Origin: Candidatus Binatia bacterium
GTDB taxonomy: Bacteria > Desulfobacterota > Binatia > UBA9968 > CAXXLF01
Direction: 5' to 3'
Length of the DNA: 64,000 bases
Assembly: GCA_963664015.2 (NCBI GenBank)
Contig: CAXXLF010000002.1
Span: 1,504,001-1,568,000 of the forward strand
A program made the translations under genes and the position numbers. Shown piece after piece: positions 61,670 to 64,000 of this stretch. The notes below the pieces were generated by a model, which worked only from the letters and a program-made list of their open reading frames with translations, made no database searches and was not told the origin of the DNA. How positions within the stretch are numbered: the first letter of the stretch is position 1; the number at the start of each line of letters is the position of its first letter.

Positions 61670-62100
61670 CACAAGGGGACAGAGCGCCGTAGGCAGTAGG
61701 CCGCCAGTCAATAACAACGGATTACTAACGATAGGACTACGGACAGACAGAGATAGGGACAGAACTAGAAAAGATAAAGCCAACAGGATGGGGGCGACAG
61801 TAGAAGAGAGCCAGCAGAGGTCAACCTTTAGCTAAACAGCGTTGAGTGTTAAGTGGCGCCGTAAGAAGCGAGAGAGCGAGCCAACAACACTGCTTTCGGT
61901 CGGTTTGATTTTGTTGTGCGCCGTTTGTTATAGGATGGAGGCGGCTCGGGAAGGCTAAGCGTAGAGGCGAGAACGTAGTGAGGCAGCAGGCGGATGGTAG
62001 CAGGATTAGTGTTAAGTGTTGAGGGAAGAGAAAGCTGTCAGTCAACGGTCCGGAGATGAAGGCTGTGAGCTGAAAGCCGATAGCTAGTTGACTGATGACA
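61670..62100 (+). repeat. Purine-rich mosaic linker
   Basis: CGGACAGACAGAGATAGGGACA (61740-61761) is identical to 28805-28826. Also GTAGGCAGTAGG and GGACTACGG words. Confidence 0.75.
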
Positions 62101-62176
62101 GATTACCGGTCACCCGTCTTCCTCCCCGGCCGCTTGACGGCGAGAGAACGAGATAAGAACAAGAAGGAGACATGTT

Positions 62177-63121
62177 ATGGCGAATTATGAACCTTTAGAA
62201 ATTCATGGATACTTCCGATCCCATACGCATCTGCCGGTTTGGTATATAGTCGAAGAGACCGGGATATGGGAGCAAATGGGCATCAAGGCGAGTTTTGATT
62301 ATTGTGACAGCTCATCCGAAGCCGAGGCGGCCCTGTTCGAGGGGAGAGTGGATTTTATCTCGGGAAACCACATCTCGCCATATGCCCTGGTCGCTCGCGG
62401 GAAACCGATTGTTTCCCTCGCCTCGCCCAGTAACAGTGTGAACGATAGACTCGTCACAAGGCAGCCTGTTGCGTCGGTTGCCGAGTTACGCGGCAAGAGC
62501 ATCGCCGACACGACGATCACAGACCCAGGGGGCGGATACAACCATATCCGCGGCAACCACATGCTCTACATCCTGCGCGGGGGTCTCAGCCTGGATGACG
62601 TCAAGTGGGTAGAGGTGGCAAATATTAATTCACAAGAAGCCCGAAAGGCCCAATTGCAGGCCATGATTGACAACAAAGCGGATGCCACGATGGTTACGGG
62701 AGGGACGGCGGAATTCGAAAAGGCCGGTTTTCATGTGCTGCCGCTCGGGCAACTCCCCATGGTCAATGGGCCCACGTTAACAACGACAATGGACAACCTC
62801 CAACGAAAGGACCGGCTAGGCGAACGGCTGGTGAAGGCGCTTGTACTAGGAATTCATTATGCCCGAACCCATAAGCCGGAGACAGAACAGATATTGGAAA
62901 AGCTAAAGAAGCAATATGCCGAAGCCGCATCGTTGAACTACAATAGCGTGGCGAAACTCCTGGCCAAACCCTACCCGGACATCCAAGCCATCGCCAATGC
63001 ATATGAGCTTTGCTGCATGAAAACCGACGATGCCAAGGAATTGAGCCCCCTGGCACTCTGGGATCTGCATTTCCTGCGTGATCTGGACAATTCGGGGTTT
63101 ATCGACGGATTATACAAGTAG
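62177..63121 (+). CDS. NMT1/SsuA-like substrate-binding protein
   Basis: AAGGAG RBS. ETGIWEQMGI, GRVDFISG, ELRGKSI and LDNSGFIDGLY motifs. Confidence 0.75.
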   Translation: MANYEPLEIHGYFRSHTHLPVWYIVEETGIWEQMGIKASFDYCDSSSEAEAALFEGRVDFISGNHISPYALVARGKPIVSLASPSNSVNDRLVTRQPVASVAELRGKSIADTTITDPGGGYNHIRGNHMLYILRGGLSLDDVKWVEVANINSQEARKAQLQAMIDNKADATMVTGGTAEFEKAGFHVLPLGQLPMVNGPTLTTTMDNLQRKDRLGERLVKALVLGIHYARTHKPETEQILEKLKKQYAEAASLNYNSVAKLLAKPYPDIQAIANAYELCCMKTDDAKELSPLALWDLHFLRDLDNSGFIDGLYK

Positions 63122-63228
63122 AGGGGCTTATACCCCGCTAGTCAGCGCTGATTACTGGGTATCGCGCAACGCGCATAGCGCGAAGCGTAGGAGAGAAGGT
63201 CAAAGGGAATAATAGGGAGGAGCGGTTT

Positions 63229-64000
63229 ATGGGCATGCTTTTTACATCGCTTGTTCTAGCCGGACTGATGGTTGCTGCAATACCGACGCCAGCAGTGACA
63301 GCAAAGGTCCTATCCGTTGAAGAGATTCGGGCTACCCTGTCGGCATCACACCGGCGCGCCAAGGATCGAGCCAGGGATCGATACCGTCATCCCGCCGGAA
63401 CGCTCGCCTTCTTCGGCCTTGCCGACAATATGACGGTGGTCGAAGTTGCCCCCGGCCGTGGCTGGTATACGGACATCATCGCGCCCCTGCTTCTTGAACG
63501 GGGAAAGTTCTATGCCGCCGGCAATGCACTGGACGTGCCCGGCCAACGAGAATACCGCTACCCGCGCCAGCGGGCCTACAACAAGAAGATCGCGGAAAAT
63601 CCTCAAATATACGGTGCGGTCGAGGTCACCTCTTTAACGCCGCCCAATCATACCAGGATAGCCCCGCCGGGTAAGGCCGACCTGGTCCTTACCTTTCGCA
63701 ACGTGCATAACTGGCTTAAGGAGGATCCCCGGCTCTACTTTAAGGCCATGTATGACGCGCTCAAGCCGGGCGGTTTCCTGGGCGTGATTGAGCACCGCGC
63801 AAAACCCGGGACCTCTGTCGAAAAAATGATCGAATCCGGTTATATGACCGAGGCCAAGGTGATCGAGATCGCCGAGAGCGTAGGATTTAAATTGGCTGAG
63901 AAATCGGAAGTCAATGCCAACCCTAAAGACACCGCCGACCACCCAAAAGGTGTGTGGACGTTACCGCCGAGCCTACGCTTAAAAAAACAGGGTAGAAAAA
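63229..64000 (+). CDS. Secreted class I SAM-dependent methyltransferase (COG4798-like), runs off the window end
   Basis: Manual translation shows a signal peptide, RDRYRHP..TLAFFG, VVEVAPGRGWYT, TFRNVHNW and NANPKDTADHPKGVWTLPP. Confidence 0.88.
   Translation, partial: MGMLFTSLVLAGLMVAAIPTPAVTAKVLSVEEIRATLSASHRRAKDRARDRYRHPAGTLAFFGLADNMTVVEVAPGRGWYTDIIAPLLLERGKFYAAGNALDVPGQREYRYPRQRAYNKKIAENPQIYGAVEVTSLTPPNHTRIAPPGKADLVLTFRNVHNWLKEDPRLYFKAMYDALKPGGFLGVIEHRAKPGTSVEKMIESGYMTEAKVIEIAESVGFKLAEKSEVNANPKDTADHPKGVWTLPPSLRLKKQGRK

Noticed and set aside
758-62100. CRISPR array interpretation of the intergenic repeats
   Set aside because: No constant repeat with regular spacers, and no cas genes.

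Overview
Bacterial accessory region with about 55 genes or gene relics. Most are unrelated single-gene units in mixed orientation, and many have their own TTGAC-type promoter. The content includes 8 paralogous ABC substrate-binding proteins, 2 NMT1/SsuA-like binders, 5 amidohydrolase_2 genes, Rieske and LigB-type aromatic catabolism genes, SDRs, flavoproteins, SelO, Tex and RNase D. This mix resembles Binatota-like deltaproteobacterial genomes (impression only). About a third of the genes are pseudogenes, often broken by deletions between short repeats. Two signals stand out. (1) The intergenic DNA is a mosaic of a shared vocabulary of short purine-rich words, a recurring promoter module and a recurring hairpin. 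These lie almost all on the + strand whatever the gene orientation, and some single genes are bracketed by direct repeats, which suggests a polarised gene-cassette accumulation system. (2) An otherwise intact SelO gene has TGA at the conserved C-terminal Cys position (TF-TGA-GT-stop), followed by a SECIS-like hairpin, so it is a candidate bacterial selenocysteine SelO. I found no rRNA, tRNA, CRISPR array, integrase or transposase. All calls are by eye from motifs, with no database search.
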